64,000 nt of DNA from Candidatus Azotimanducaceae bacterium (GTDB lineage Bacteria > Pseudomonadota > Gammaproteobacteria > Pseudomonadales > Azotimanducaceae): NCBI GenBank assembly GCA_965662805.1, contig CBFIJB010000007.1:81625-145624 (forward strand). Direction: 5' to 3'. Position 1 is the stretch's first letter; the number at the start of each line of letters is the position of its first letter. The notes below the pieces were generated by a model. That model did no database searches. It was not told where the DNA came from and worked only from the letters and a program-made list of their open reading frames with translations. Made by a program: the position numbers and the translations under genes. Of this stretch, positions 38,758 through 47,639 are shown one piece after another.

Positions 38758-39355
38758 GAGAAAGCTTCCCGATCTGCCGGTCGTGTAAACGGGATAGAAG
38801 AACGAGGGCGCTGATAGCACCCAGAAGCGCAAACATCATGTCGGACTGCGTATCCCACTCATAACCCTGTGTTCCGAGAAAGGCATCAGCACCTTCCCCG
38901 GTAAATTCGGCTACCCACCATTCGATCAACTCGTAAAAGGCGCTGAAACCCAGGCAGAACGAAACGACAAAGAGCGCCAGCCACCACTTGCCGTTGACGA
39001 CATTGAGCCTGATCAGCAGTTCGCGGGCAATGATTGCGGGTATCAATCCCTGGGCAAGATGTCCAAGCTTGTCGTAGTTGTTGCGTTCCATACCTAACAG
39101 GTTGTCGAAAAATGGTACTTCGGCATAGGTGTAGTGGCCTCCCACCATCAGGATGACGCTGTGAATCAGAATCAGCAGGTAGGCCAGGGTCGTAAACCGA
39201 AAGCTGTGCCAGGTCAGCGCAAGCAGTGCCAGAGCGATAAGCGCAGGGAGGGTTTCCAGGAACCAGGTAAAGCCATCCCTCGGGTTGATGGCTGACCAGA
39301 CAAACACCGTCGCGAAAACGGCGAGCCAGGCCAGTGACCGTAAACTAGTTAACAC
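38750..39355 (-). CDS. DUF2238 (YjdF-like) inner-membrane protein
   Basis: 201 aa with multiple TM segments. The sequence ...INPRDGFTWFLETLPALIALALL...GGHYTYAEVPFF resembles YjdF-type proteins. The GTG start overlaps the CoA-transferase stop by 1 nt. Confidence 0.65.
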   Translation of the reverse strand: MLTSLRSLAWLAVFATVFVWSAINPRDGFTWFLETLPALIALALLALTWHSFRFTTLAYLLILIHSVILMVGGHYTYAEVPFFDNLLGMERNNYDKLGHLAQGLIPAIIARELLIRLNVVNGKWWLALFVVSFCLGFSAFYELIEWWVAEFTGEGADAFLGTQGYEWDTQSDMMFALLGAISALVLLSRLHDRQIGKLSRE

Positions 39356-40533
39356 TAGTGATGGCGCCAGTCCGGGTCGAAGGCGACAACCGCATCACTC
39401 TTTGCAATTTCGGCGGCCTCATCTTCAGAGAGTCCGAGCCAGTCCTGCAGTATCTCCGTATTGTGCTCGCCGCGGTGAGCGGCTGGTCCGCGGACACCAC
39501 TGGCGGCATTTGAGAAGCGGTAAGGCGATTGAACAACGGGTCTTGTGCCACCCTGTCTGTCATCGATCTGAATGACGCTGCCCCTCGATGAAACAGTTGG
39601 CTGCTCCGGGATAGTGGCTGGGTCCCGTACATCACCCCAGGCGATATTGATCGCTTTCATGGCACGGCTAAACTTTTCTCGAGTATCGAGCGTATTCATG
39701 AACTCGCCGACAGCCTGACGACGCACGGCGATCTTCTCATCCAGTTCCATATCATGGGTTCCCGGATCTTTAACGCCCAGCACGGTGGTCAGTCCGCGAA
39801 ACAACACACGAAAGTCAGTTGAAAGCAGTACGGGTCCGATCGGTGTTTCCCAAATTTCGTTAGGCAGTGAACGGGTACTGTTGGCGTCCTCGATATCGAA
39901 CGACAACTGGTCATCGGTCGCGATGGTGGCATCAATCATGGCGATATCGATATGCTGGCCTTTGCCGGTGCGTTCACGCATATGCACGGCGGACAGCAGG
40001 CCGACAAGACCGTGAAGTGCAGCATTGGTGTCGGCGACTGACAAAGGCATATCGTGCAGTACCACGTCATTTCTGTCTGTGTTCCGGTAGATCAAACCAG
40101 CCTCTGCGTGGATGACCGGTGCATAGGTCGGGCGTGTCGACTCAGGACCGTTGCGTCCGAATCCTGATATGGAAAGCATGATGATTTTCTCGTTAACAGC
40201 ACTGAGCACCTCGTACCCGATGCCCAGGCGGTCCATGACATCCGGACGGTAGTTTTCAATGACAATGTCTGCCTCGCTGGCCATTCGCTTTACCAGGTCT
40301 ATTGCACCTGCCGCGCGCAAGTCCAGGCAGATATTGCGCTTTCCGGCGTTCTGCTGGTGAAAATAGCCCGGTATGTTGGCGATTTCTCTACCCCAGTAGC
40401 GGGTGATATCCCCTTCCGGTGGCTCGACTTTGACAACGTCGGCGCCAAGGTCTGAAAGCATGCGCCCGGCGAACGGGCCGGCCAGAACTCTTGAAAAATC
40501 AAGGACTTTCAGGTCGCTGAGAGGGTAATCCAT
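39355..40533 (-). CDS. Family III CoA-transferase (CaiB/BaiF)
   Basis: LKVLDFSRVLAGPFAGRMLSDLGADVVKVEPPEGD is the typical N-terminus of the family. Confidence 0.9.
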   Translation of the reverse strand: MDYPLSDLKVLDFSRVLAGPFAGRMLSDLGADVVKVEPPEGDITRYWGREIANIPGYFHQQNAGKRNICLDLRAAGAIDLVKRMASEADIVIENYRPDVMDRLGIGYEVLSAVNEKIIMLSISGFGRNGPESTRPTYAPVIHAEAGLIYRNTDRNDVVLHDMPLSVADTNAALHGLVGLLSAVHMRERTGKGQHIDIAMIDATIATDDQLSFDIEDANSTRSLPNEIWETPIGPVLLSTDFRVLFRGLTTVLGVKDPGTHDMELDEKIAVRRQAVGEFMNTLDTREKFSRAMKAINIAWGDVRDPATIPEQPTVSSRGSVIQIDDRQGGTRPVVQSPYRFSNAASGVRGPAAHRGEHNTEILQDWLGLSEDEAAEIAKSDAVVAFDPDWRHH

Positions 40534-40744
40534 AATGTGCTTCCGCCCGGTTTGCTGCCGGATCTTTTGTTTATTCTGGAACCAGTGTCCCCAAATGGCT
40601 GATTTTCATGACAAAACAATCACTGCTGTTTGTTTGACAGGACTAATCGTCGCCGTTAAGTTGCGCATCTTCAGTCCAGCTGCGACTGATGTAAAGCTGT
40701 TCAGGACCGGTTTTTGCCGGAAAAGAACCTATAAAAAGCCTTTT

Positions 40745-40796
40745 AAGGCTTATACAAAGAGCCGCTAAAGGCTTATACAAAGAGCCGCTAAAGGCT
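40745..40796 (+). repeat. Tandem direct repeat, 2.3 x 23 bp (AAGGCTTATACAAAGAGCCGCTA)
   Basis: Perfect copies at 40745-40767 and 40768-40790, plus a partial AAGGCT at 40791-40796. The repeat ends 22 nt upstream of the TonB-dependent receptor ATG. Confidence 0.95.
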
Positions 40797-40818
40797 AGTT
40801 TCAAAAGAGGGGGACTCA

Positions 40819-43125
40819 ATGAAACGATTACTCATCGCCATGCTTGGCGTATGTTTTTGCTATGTCTCTCCCGTAACGTTTGCTGCTGATCGACAGATTG
40901 AAGAAATCGTCGTCACGGCAACCAAGCGGGAAGAATCCATTCAGGATGTACCTATTGCCGTCAGTGCTTTCTCCGGGGATGACCTCGAAAAGCGTGGTGT
41001 CCAAGATCTTTACGGTCTGCAGGAAGTAGCACCCAGTATTGCAATCTACAACTCTAACTCGACTTCAAACGGCGGTACGATCCGTATTCGCGGTGTGGGT
41101 ACCACGGGTAACAACCCGGGTCTTGAAGCTGCAGTGGGTACTTTTATTGACGGTGTATACCGTTCACGGGCTGGTCTGGCGTTCAACGACATGGTCGATA
41201 TTGAGCGGGTAGAGATTCTGCGTGGACCACAGGGCACTCTGTTCGGTAAGAACACAGTGGCTGGCGCGCTGAACATTGTCAGCAAGAAGCCTGAGTTCAA
41301 TACCAATGCTTCACTTACAGTGGGTGCGGGTAACTACAACATGAACGAAGTGAAGGGCCATGTGAACTTCGCTGCATCAGAAGAGCTGGCGTTCCGTCTT
41401 TCCGGCAGCATGCTTGAGCGAGATGGCTACTATAAAGACATCAACGACGGCGATGCCTACGACAGTCGTGACCGTTACACCATCAAGGCGCAGGCTCTCT
41501 GGCAGCCAAGCGATGATTTGTCGGTTCGCTTCATCTATGACTACACGGAAAAAGATGAGGACTGCTGTCCAGGTGCTTACTACATCAATGGCCCGACAGG
41601 TGCCATCGTAGAGGGTCTCGGTGGTGATATTACGCCTTTCCGCCAGGATGACGGTATCAAGGTGGGTGTAAACCACAAGCCGGTTGAAGATGTTGAGGAC
41701 TGGGGCGTATCACTGGATATTACCTGGGAAATCAACGACAACATGTCATTCCGCTCCATCACGGCTCAGCGCGAGTTTGAAGTGTTCCGTGTTCAGGATG
41801 TTGATTTCGGTAATGCAGACATTTTGATGCCGCAGGACATCGACGAGAGCTTTGAAAACTTCAGTCAGGAATTTCAACTGCTCGGTTCAATGGACAGCGT
41901 CGACTGGTTGGTTGGCGCCTACTACTACACGGAAGATCTGGATTCAGACGAAATGATCGTTCTTGGCGCTGACGGTCCTGCTTACCTGAGCAGATTATTG
42001 GGCGCAGGCGATGCCCTGATTCCTGCCTTCGCAGGTAACCCGGCTGGTCGAAGCAATTCTGGCGGCGTTCCCGGGCAGGGATATGACGCTGCGTACTTCT
42101 CCGAAACGGATGGCTGGTCTTTGTTCACACACAATACCTGGCATGCAACTGATAAGGTCGACTTCACTTTTGGTGTGCGTTACAGCGACGAAGAGAAGAA
42201 AGCCGGTGGCGTGTTTAATGGTGCGCCTGTCTGGGGTACGCCGATTGACGATCCATTCTGTGGCGCGGTTCCCATCCCAAGTCTCTGTGATAACCAGAGC
42301 TGGACGAACAGTGAGTCCGAGTCTGAAACCACCGGTACCATCAAGATCGCGTACCAGCTGACTGAAGACATCAATACTTACGCCAGCTATTCACGTGGTT
42401 ACAAGGCGGGTGGCTATAACCTTGACCAGGAAGCCGTGGGTAACCGTGACCCCGCGACCGGTGAGTTTGTTGACCAGAGTCGATTTAACCCGGAAACCTC
42501 CGACAGCTATGAGCTGGGACTGAAGGGTGATTTCCTTGATTACACGCTGACCCTGAACACGGCGCTGTTTTACACTAAATTTGACGATATGCAGCTGAAC
42601 ACCTTTACCGGTCTTGGCTTCACTGTGGGTAACGTCAAGGAAGTGACTACAGAAGGCGTTGAGATCGAGGGTCTGTATCAGATCAGTGATATCGCTACTT
42701 TGAGCTTTGGTGTGACCTATGCGGATGCCCGTTATGGCAACATCAATGATCCTGCCCTGGATAACAAGCGTCTGACACAGTCACCTTTGTGGCAGGGTTC
42801 TGCAGCCCTGTTTGTTGAAGACGAGATTCCGGGCACTGACTGGAGCTACAACTTCAACATGAACTTCTCCCACGTTGGTGAAGCCAACACAGGTTCTGAC
42901 CTGGACCCGGAGAAGGTACGAAGTGCTTTCAACATGGTGAATGCTTCATTCGGTGTTCTTTCCAACGACGGACGTTGGGGCGCTACCCTGTGGGGTCGCA
43001 ATCTGGGTGATATGACCACCAACATGCTGGTGTTTGACTCAGTCTTCCAGGCAGGTAGCTGGACGACGGTTTCCAACATTGGCCGTACTTACGGCATCAC
43101 GCTGACCGCCAACTTTGGTGAGTAA
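40819..43125 (+). CDS. TonB-dependent outer-membrane receptor
   Basis: Signal peptide MKRLLIAMLGVCFCYVSPVTFA. Plug sequences EEIVVTATKREESIQDVPIAVSAF and RVEILRGPQGTLFGKNTVAGALN. A long beta-barrel follows. SD AGAGGGGG. Confidence 0.92.
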   Translation: MKRLLIAMLGVCFCYVSPVTFAADRQIEEIVVTATKREESIQDVPIAVSAFSGDDLEKRGVQDLYGLQEVAPSIAIYNSNSTSNGGTIRIRGVGTTGNNPGLEAAVGTFIDGVYRSRAGLAFNDMVDIERVEILRGPQGTLFGKNTVAGALNIVSKKPEFNTNASLTVGAGNYNMNEVKGHVNFAASEELAFRLSGSMLERDGYYKDINDGDAYDSRDRYTIKAQALWQPSDDLSVRFIYDYTEKDEDCCPGAYYINGPTGAIVEGLGGDITPFRQDDGIKVGVNHKPVEDVEDWGVSLDITWEINDNMSFRSITAQREFEVFRVQDVDFGNADILMPQDIDESFENFSQEFQLLGSMDSVDWLVGAYYYTEDLDSDEMIVLGADGPAYLSRLLGAGDALIPAFAGNPAGRSNSGGVPGQGYDAAYFSETDGWSLFTHNTWHATDKVDFTFGVRYSDEEKKAGGVFNGAPVWGTPIDDPFCGAVPIPSLCDNQSWTNSESESETTGTIKIAYQLTEDINTYASYSRGYKAGGYNLDQEAVGNRDPATGEFVDQSRFNPETSDSYELGLKGDFLDYTLTLNTALFYTKFDDMQLNTFTGLGFTVGNVKEVTTEGVEIEGLYQISDIATLSFGVTYADARYGNINDPALDNKRLTQSPLWQGSAALFVEDEIPGTDWSYNFNMNFSHVGEANTGSDLDPEKVRSAFNMVNASFGVLSNDGRWGATLWGRNLGDMTTNMLVFDSVFQAGSWTTVSNIGRTYGITLTANFGE

Positions 43126-43146
43126 TCAGGTTCGAAAGTCAGCTAG

Positions 43147-43177
43147 AAAAGCCCGGGTTTAACCCGGGCTTTTTTTT
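43147..43177. terminator. Bidirectional Rho-independent terminator between convergent genes
   Basis: AAAAGCCCGGGtttaaCCCGGGCTTTTTTTT. The GC-rich 8-bp stem is flanked by an A-run on one side and a T-run on the other. Confidence 0.85.
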
Positions 43178-43192
43178 GGCTTCAGAAAAATG

Positions 43193-44872
43193 CTATCGCG
43201 TCATGATCCGGTTGGTGAGCCAGGCGTCTTTCGCGATACTCACTCGTTGTCTTGCACGCGGCTTTGCTTTGGCAAGTCCAGTGCTGGGACCCCCGATCAC
43301 AGTAGGGCAACTGCCATCTGTGCGATATTGAAGCGCAGCTTTCAAGCGACCCTCTGCCGGGTCTCCAAGCTGTTTCGTGAAGTCGTCAGAGACGAGACAT
43401 CCGGCGACAGGGGTGCCTTCGACCGTCGGAGTATTTTCCGGTGAGAAGCCATCCGTGTAGTCGCCAAAGCCTTTCTGATTGACGCCTCGGAACTGGATAG
43501 AGAAGTAAGTAGTGCCGCAGTTATCAAAGGGATAGAAACCGTAGGGCTTGCCGCAGGTGGTCTCGCCGATCATCACGACGTCGACATCAATACCCCGAAG
43601 GCCGTTGATAATGGATTCGCTGGCGCTGCAGGTGGCAGACCCGGTCAGAATAAACACGCGACTCAGTCCCAATGTTGGCAGCGGCTGACCGGAAGCGACA
43701 GAAAATCCCTGACTCGTGGTGTGAAACCGTGCCGGTGTCAGTACTCGGCCAGTAACCGGGTCAAAATCAGGGTGTTTGTCGTTGAATTCCAGGGCTTCAA
43801 ATATCTGTCCGACCGCGTTATCTCCCGCGATCATATAGCCAAGCTCATTGGCGATATCAAGGAAACCACCACCGTTGTAGCGAAGGTCCAGAACCAGGTC
43901 AGTTACACTCGCAGCCTGAAGCTCACTGATGGCATCAATCAACTGTCCCTCGGCCGGGCGAATGTGATCGTTAAAGGTGAGGTAGCCGACGAGGCCGGTC
44001 TCTGTCTCCAGCGTCCTGATGTTCTGCACGGGCGTCGAAGTGATCTGAGTCGATGTCATGGAGATGGTGCGGGTTTCCGCCGCATCCACATCACGCACCA
44101 CGAAGGTATGAGTTTCATTGTCCCCTGGAAACAGTCCACCATTCAGGGTCGCGACATCGCTGCCGTTGACGACATCGACGCCATCAATCTCAAGGATCTC
44201 AGTGCCTCTGAGCAGGGCTGCCTCTGGCGAGGTTGCCGGGGTGTCTGGCTCTGTGTAGGCAACGACCACCTGCCTGGGTGGTGTGCCCTGGAGGATCGCA
44301 AAGGTTGCTCCGTAGCCACCCCTGATGCCACTTGAAGACTGTGCCTGCCATTCTTCGGTAGGAATCGAAAAGTGAAACTTGTCCTTGGGTGCACCGGAAG
44401 GTGTCGTGTCGAAAGTGCGCATCTCTCCGAAATAATCCGGCGTGCTCAGACTCGCGGGGTCGATATCGGTGATTTCGTCATACCAGAGATACAGTTCGTT
44501 ACTCCAGGAACGCAACCAGTTGTTTTCGTCTTCAGTAGTGCCCTGAATATCCGGGAAGCTGTTGCCGTTGAGATCGACCCCGGAACGTGGGTCGGCACAA
44601 ATCTGTTCGAAATTTCCAAAGGGCTCGAAGGTGTCGTTGGCAAATCCGGAATCCGGTGTGGGTTCAGGCTCTGTTTCTGGAGCGGGCTCAGGGCTGTTAT
44701 CTGGCTCAGGGCTGTTGTCTGGCTCAGGGCTGTTATCTGGCTCAGGGCTGTTCGTCACCGGTTGCGATGCAGGCGTGCTGCTGCCGCCACCACCACCGCC
44801 ACACGCGGTCAGGAAAGTGATACAAAGAAAAATGAGCAAATGGCGCGACAAAACGAAACCTCTGTGTGTCAA
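43193..44872 (-). CDS. S41-family peptidase lipoprotein with (NSPEPD)4 linker
   Basis: Lipobox FLTAC followed by a GGGGGGSS linker. S41-type motifs GSATCSASE and GETTCGKPYG. ATGA overlap with the upstream SDR gene. Confidence 0.8.
   Translation of the reverse strand: MTHRGFVLSRHLLIFLCITFLTACGGGGGGSSTPASQPVTNSPEPDNSPEPDNSPEPDNSPEPAPETEPEPTPDSGFANDTFEPFGNFEQICADPRSGVDLNGNSFPDIQGTTEDENNWLRSWSNELYLWYDEITDIDPASLSTPDYFGEMRTFDTTPSGAPKDKFHFSIPTEEWQAQSSSGIRGGYGATFAILQGTPPRQVVVAYTEPDTPATSPEAALLRGTEILEIDGVDVVNGSDVATLNGGLFPGDNETHTFVVRDVDAAETRTISMTSTQITSTPVQNIRTLETETGLVGYLTFNDHIRPAEGQLIDAISELQAASVTDLVLDLRYNGGGFLDIANELGYMIAGDNAVGQIFEALEFNDKHPDFDPVTGRVLTPARFHTTSQGFSVASGQPLPTLGLSRVFILTGSATCSASESIINGLRGIDVDVVMIGETTCGKPYGFYPFDNCGTTYFSIQFRGVNQKGFGDYTDGFSPENTPTVEGTPVAGCLVSDDFTKQLGDPAEGRLKAALQYRTDGSCPTVIGGPSTGLAKAKPRARQRVSIAKDAWLTNRIMTR
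44685..44756 (-). repeat. 4 x 18-bp coding tandem repeat (encodes NSPEPD repeats)
   Basis: Plus-strand units of GGCTCAGGGCTGTTATCT at 44685, 44703, 44721 and 44739, with 1-3 mismatches. Confidence 0.95.
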
Positions 44873-45633
44873 TCGACGGCTGCTACCTGCCCCCCATCGA
44901 CGGCGATATGTTCAGCGTTAATCCAGAGCCCGGCCGGGCTCGAAACAAATGCTATGGCGCGCGCCAGTTCGTCAGCCGTGCCGAGTCGCCCCAGCGGAAT
45001 ACCTTTTTCCACGGCGGCATAGAACTTTGGATTCTCCTGTTTTCGCAAATCCCAGGCGCCTCCTTCAAACCAGACAGCGCCGGGAGATATCACGTTGGCC
45101 CGGATGCCATCTTTCCCGTACTGCTGGGCCAGGTCGTTGGCATAGACTCGCATGGCTCCTTTGGCCGCACCATAGGAGCTGGCTGGTCTGCCAAAGTTGA
45201 ACTTACTGGCCATGGAGCCAATAAAAGTTATGCTCGCGGCATCGCTGGCTTTCAAAGCATCAAGGCATTCATTCACCAGCCTGACCCCCGCCATCATGTC
45301 GACCTGGAAGCTGCGCATCCAGCCTTGCTCATCGCCAGTCATATCGAATCCGCTGGCATTGTGAATCAAGAGATCGACACCGTTCAGTTCTTCCTGTGCC
45401 CGCCTGGCGAAGTCTCGAGTCGCGGTTTCATCTTCTAGGTCAGCCTGGAAGCCGATGGCGGTGCCGTCACCGGCTGCATTGATCCGCTCTGTGGCGGTTT
45501 TGATGTCTGACGGGGTACGTCCGCAGAAGGCAATATCGCAGCCCTCTGCGGCAAGCAGGGCACCAGTGTGTAAACCGATACCCCGACTACCGCCGGTGAT
45601 GATGGCTTTCTTACCTGAAAGTCCGAGATCCAT
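44869..45633 (-). CDS. Short-chain dehydrogenase/reductase
   Basis: KKAIITGGSRGIGL cofactor motif and YGAAKGAM (Y-x3-K). Confidence 0.88.
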   Translation of the reverse strand: MDLGLSGKKAIITGGSRGIGLHTGALLAAEGCDIAFCGRTPSDIKTATERINAAGDGTAIGFQADLEDETATRDFARRAQEELNGVDLLIHNASGFDMTGDEQGWMRSFQVDMMAGVRLVNECLDALKASDAASITFIGSMASKFNFGRPASSYGAAKGAMRVYANDLAQQYGKDGIRANVISPGAVWFEGGAWDLRKQENPKFYAAVEKGIPLGRLGTADELARAIAFVSSPAGLWINAEHIAVDGGQVAAVD

Positions 45634-46329
45634 CTAGTTCTGCACATCACCGGGTATGCTGCAGACATAGCATCCCAGGGCATGGAGTTCGTCCAGGGAG
45701 TTAACCAGTCTGGTTGCCCACATTCTGGCGTAACGCTGGACTTCCATCTTGTTGGTTACAGGATTGCTTTCCCTGGCTACAACAGGCTCTATGCGTTTGG
45801 AGTCTATGACCCGCGCCAGGGATTCTTCTGTTCTTGAATCACGTAGTTCCAGGATCAGTGTGGCGGAGCCAAGATCTGCTATATAGGTACTGCTTCTTGC
45901 AGAGGTCATTTCCCGAGGAACTTTCGAGGTAACATTCATCAGTCCGATAGTGACATCGAGCACGCCGGGACCAGGTTCCTCCGTGAATTCGTAGTTCTCG
46001 ATTTTCTTCAACTCATTCGCAAAGACTTCGCTGATTGCCTGCTGCAGACTGGCTTTTTGCTTCTCGGAGAGAGGGAAAGAATCGGCATTTCTGTCATAGC
46101 GGCTTTTCGCATCCGGGTGTCGATACTGAATGCCGGCTGATTCCAACAGAATTTTGTCGTACTTGCTGAGATCGATGTCCGGTTTTACCCAGACTTTATC
46201 CAACCGGGTGTTGTTGACCCGGTGAAGTCCATCATAGGTAACTTCAGCACCGGCACCCTGCTGGACTGTGGGTGTCGAAGTACAGGCGGCGAGTGAAACG
46301 ATGGCCAGAGCCAGAATAATAGAACGCAT
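45634..46329 (-). CDS. DUF3313-like lipoprotein
   Basis: Start at ATG 46329. MRSIILALAIVSLAAC carries a lipobox. YDGLHRVNNTRLDKVWVKPDIDLSKYDKILLE resembles DUF3313 as I remember it. The stop abuts the SDR start. Confidence 0.6.
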   Translation of the reverse strand: MRSIILALAIVSLAACTSTPTVQQGAGAEVTYDGLHRVNNTRLDKVWVKPDIDLSKYDKILLESAGIQYRHPDAKSRYDRNADSFPLSEKQKASLQQAISEVFANELKKIENYEFTEEPGPGVLDVTIGLMNVTSKVPREMTSARSSTYIADLGSATLILELRDSRTEESLARVIDSKRIEPVVARESNPVTNKMEVQRYARMWATRLVNSLDELHALGCYVCSIPGDVQN

Positions 46330-46390
46330 TGGATTCCCCATTTGTCGAGCAAACGCTAAGTGTTGGCAAGAAAACCGCATTTGAACAAGA

Positions 46391-46443
46391 TCTACAAGAC
46401 CTATGGACAAGACCTGTGGACAAGACTTCTGGACAAAACAGAT
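46391..46443 (-). repeat. 4 x 13-bp phased repeat with core TTGTCCA (minus strand)
   Basis: Plus strand reads TCTACAAGACCTA TGGACAAGACCTG TGGACAAGACTTC TGGACAAAACAGA. TGGACAA starts at 46404, 46417 and 46430, with a degenerate copy at 46391. The array lies 61 nt upstream of the minus-strand ATG 46329. Confidence 0.9.
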
Positions 46444-46487
46444 ACACCGGCCATATAGACAAGGCATTCGTCAGGTATAATTGCGCC

Positions 46488-47639
46488 ATGTTAAAGCTCA
46501 TAACCAGTCTCGCTTTCACCCTTTTGCTCTCGGTTTCTGCTGTGTACGCAGAAGACTCTGTGCCCGTCGTTGAATCGGAAGCACAGGAAGTACCGAAAGA
46601 ACTGACAAAGCGTGAACAACTCGCCGCTGAAGCGGAGGAAATCAACCGTCGTATTCAGAAGATTGCTGACGATTTCGAGGTTCTGGATGACTCTATAAAA
46701 CATGCGACTGGCGATCGACTGGAGATCCTTATTCTGGAGCGGCAGAAGACGTCGCTGAAGATCCTGGATGAACTGTTTGCGCTGTCGCTGAATCTGCAGC
46801 GGCAGGATGCGCTGGGTGAAAACACAGCAGAGTTAAGAGATGTCGTTGTCAGTTACCTGGTTCGAACCAGCAATGCGCTTGACCGGTTTCTGGACCGTGA
46901 AGAAGAAACGATTTCGGAGCTTCGCTCACGCACAGACAAGCTGAGCGGTATTGAACTGGTTGAGTTCGAGCAGAATGTCGCCGCCACGATGGCGTGGCTT
47001 CAGGAATTGATTGAGGCGAAGCTCAAGACTATCCAGGAACTTGAAAAACTGGGTGTCGACACCGGAAATCATCGTGAGAATCTAATCAATCGGCTGAACA
47101 GGTTTGCCTCGAGCCTTTCCGGCCAGCTTCAGCTTGTTGATGGTTCGCGTAAAGCGATTGAGGCAGGCAGTGCCAGTGAAGGTATGCCTGGTGAACTCAA
47201 GGCGCAGGTTCAGGCTCTTAATGTCCGTCGCAGTTCGATTCTGTCGTCGCTCGCCATGCTGGTGCAAACCATGAACAGTCTGGGTGTTGATGCCAGAGAA
47301 TACCGCCAGTTGTTGCTGGAAACGGGAGAGGTGACTGCTGACCTTTTCAATCCGGAGATTATGCTCGGCATTCTCCAGAAACAGTTAAGGAGCCTCTCCG
47401 AGTGGACAAGCAATAACGCGGGTGCCTTTGCTACCAAGCTTGTGGTTTTCCTGCTGACTCTGGTTGTGTTCAGGCTCATCGCGCGCGCCACAAACTACAT
47501 GATGCGACGCAGCTTCGAGAGTCAGAAAGTTCAGGTTTCCAAGCTGATGCAGGACATGCTGCGCGGGTCAGCGAGACGAAAGTTGGGTTTGCCTGGGAGA
47601 CGACGATGGATTCCAGGATCACTTCAGCTTCGACTTTAA
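46488..47639 (+). pseudogene. N-terminal portion of an MscS-family mechanosensitive channel protein; channel domain missing
   Basis: Signal peptide MLKLITSLAFTLLLSVSAVYA, then a long coiled-coil periplasmic region, a first TM segment KLVVFLLTLVVFRLIA and RRSFESQKVQVSKLMQDML. After about 47561 the frame encodes non-membrane junk (RGSARRKLGLPGRRRW...) and overlaps the convergent gene. Confidence 0.55.

Noticed and set aside
40534-40818. Riboswitch (e.g. cobalamin) in the 285-bp leader of the TonB-dependent receptor
   Set aside because: I could find no B12-box-like or other conserved riboswitch core by eye. The only clear structure is the 23-bp direct repeat.
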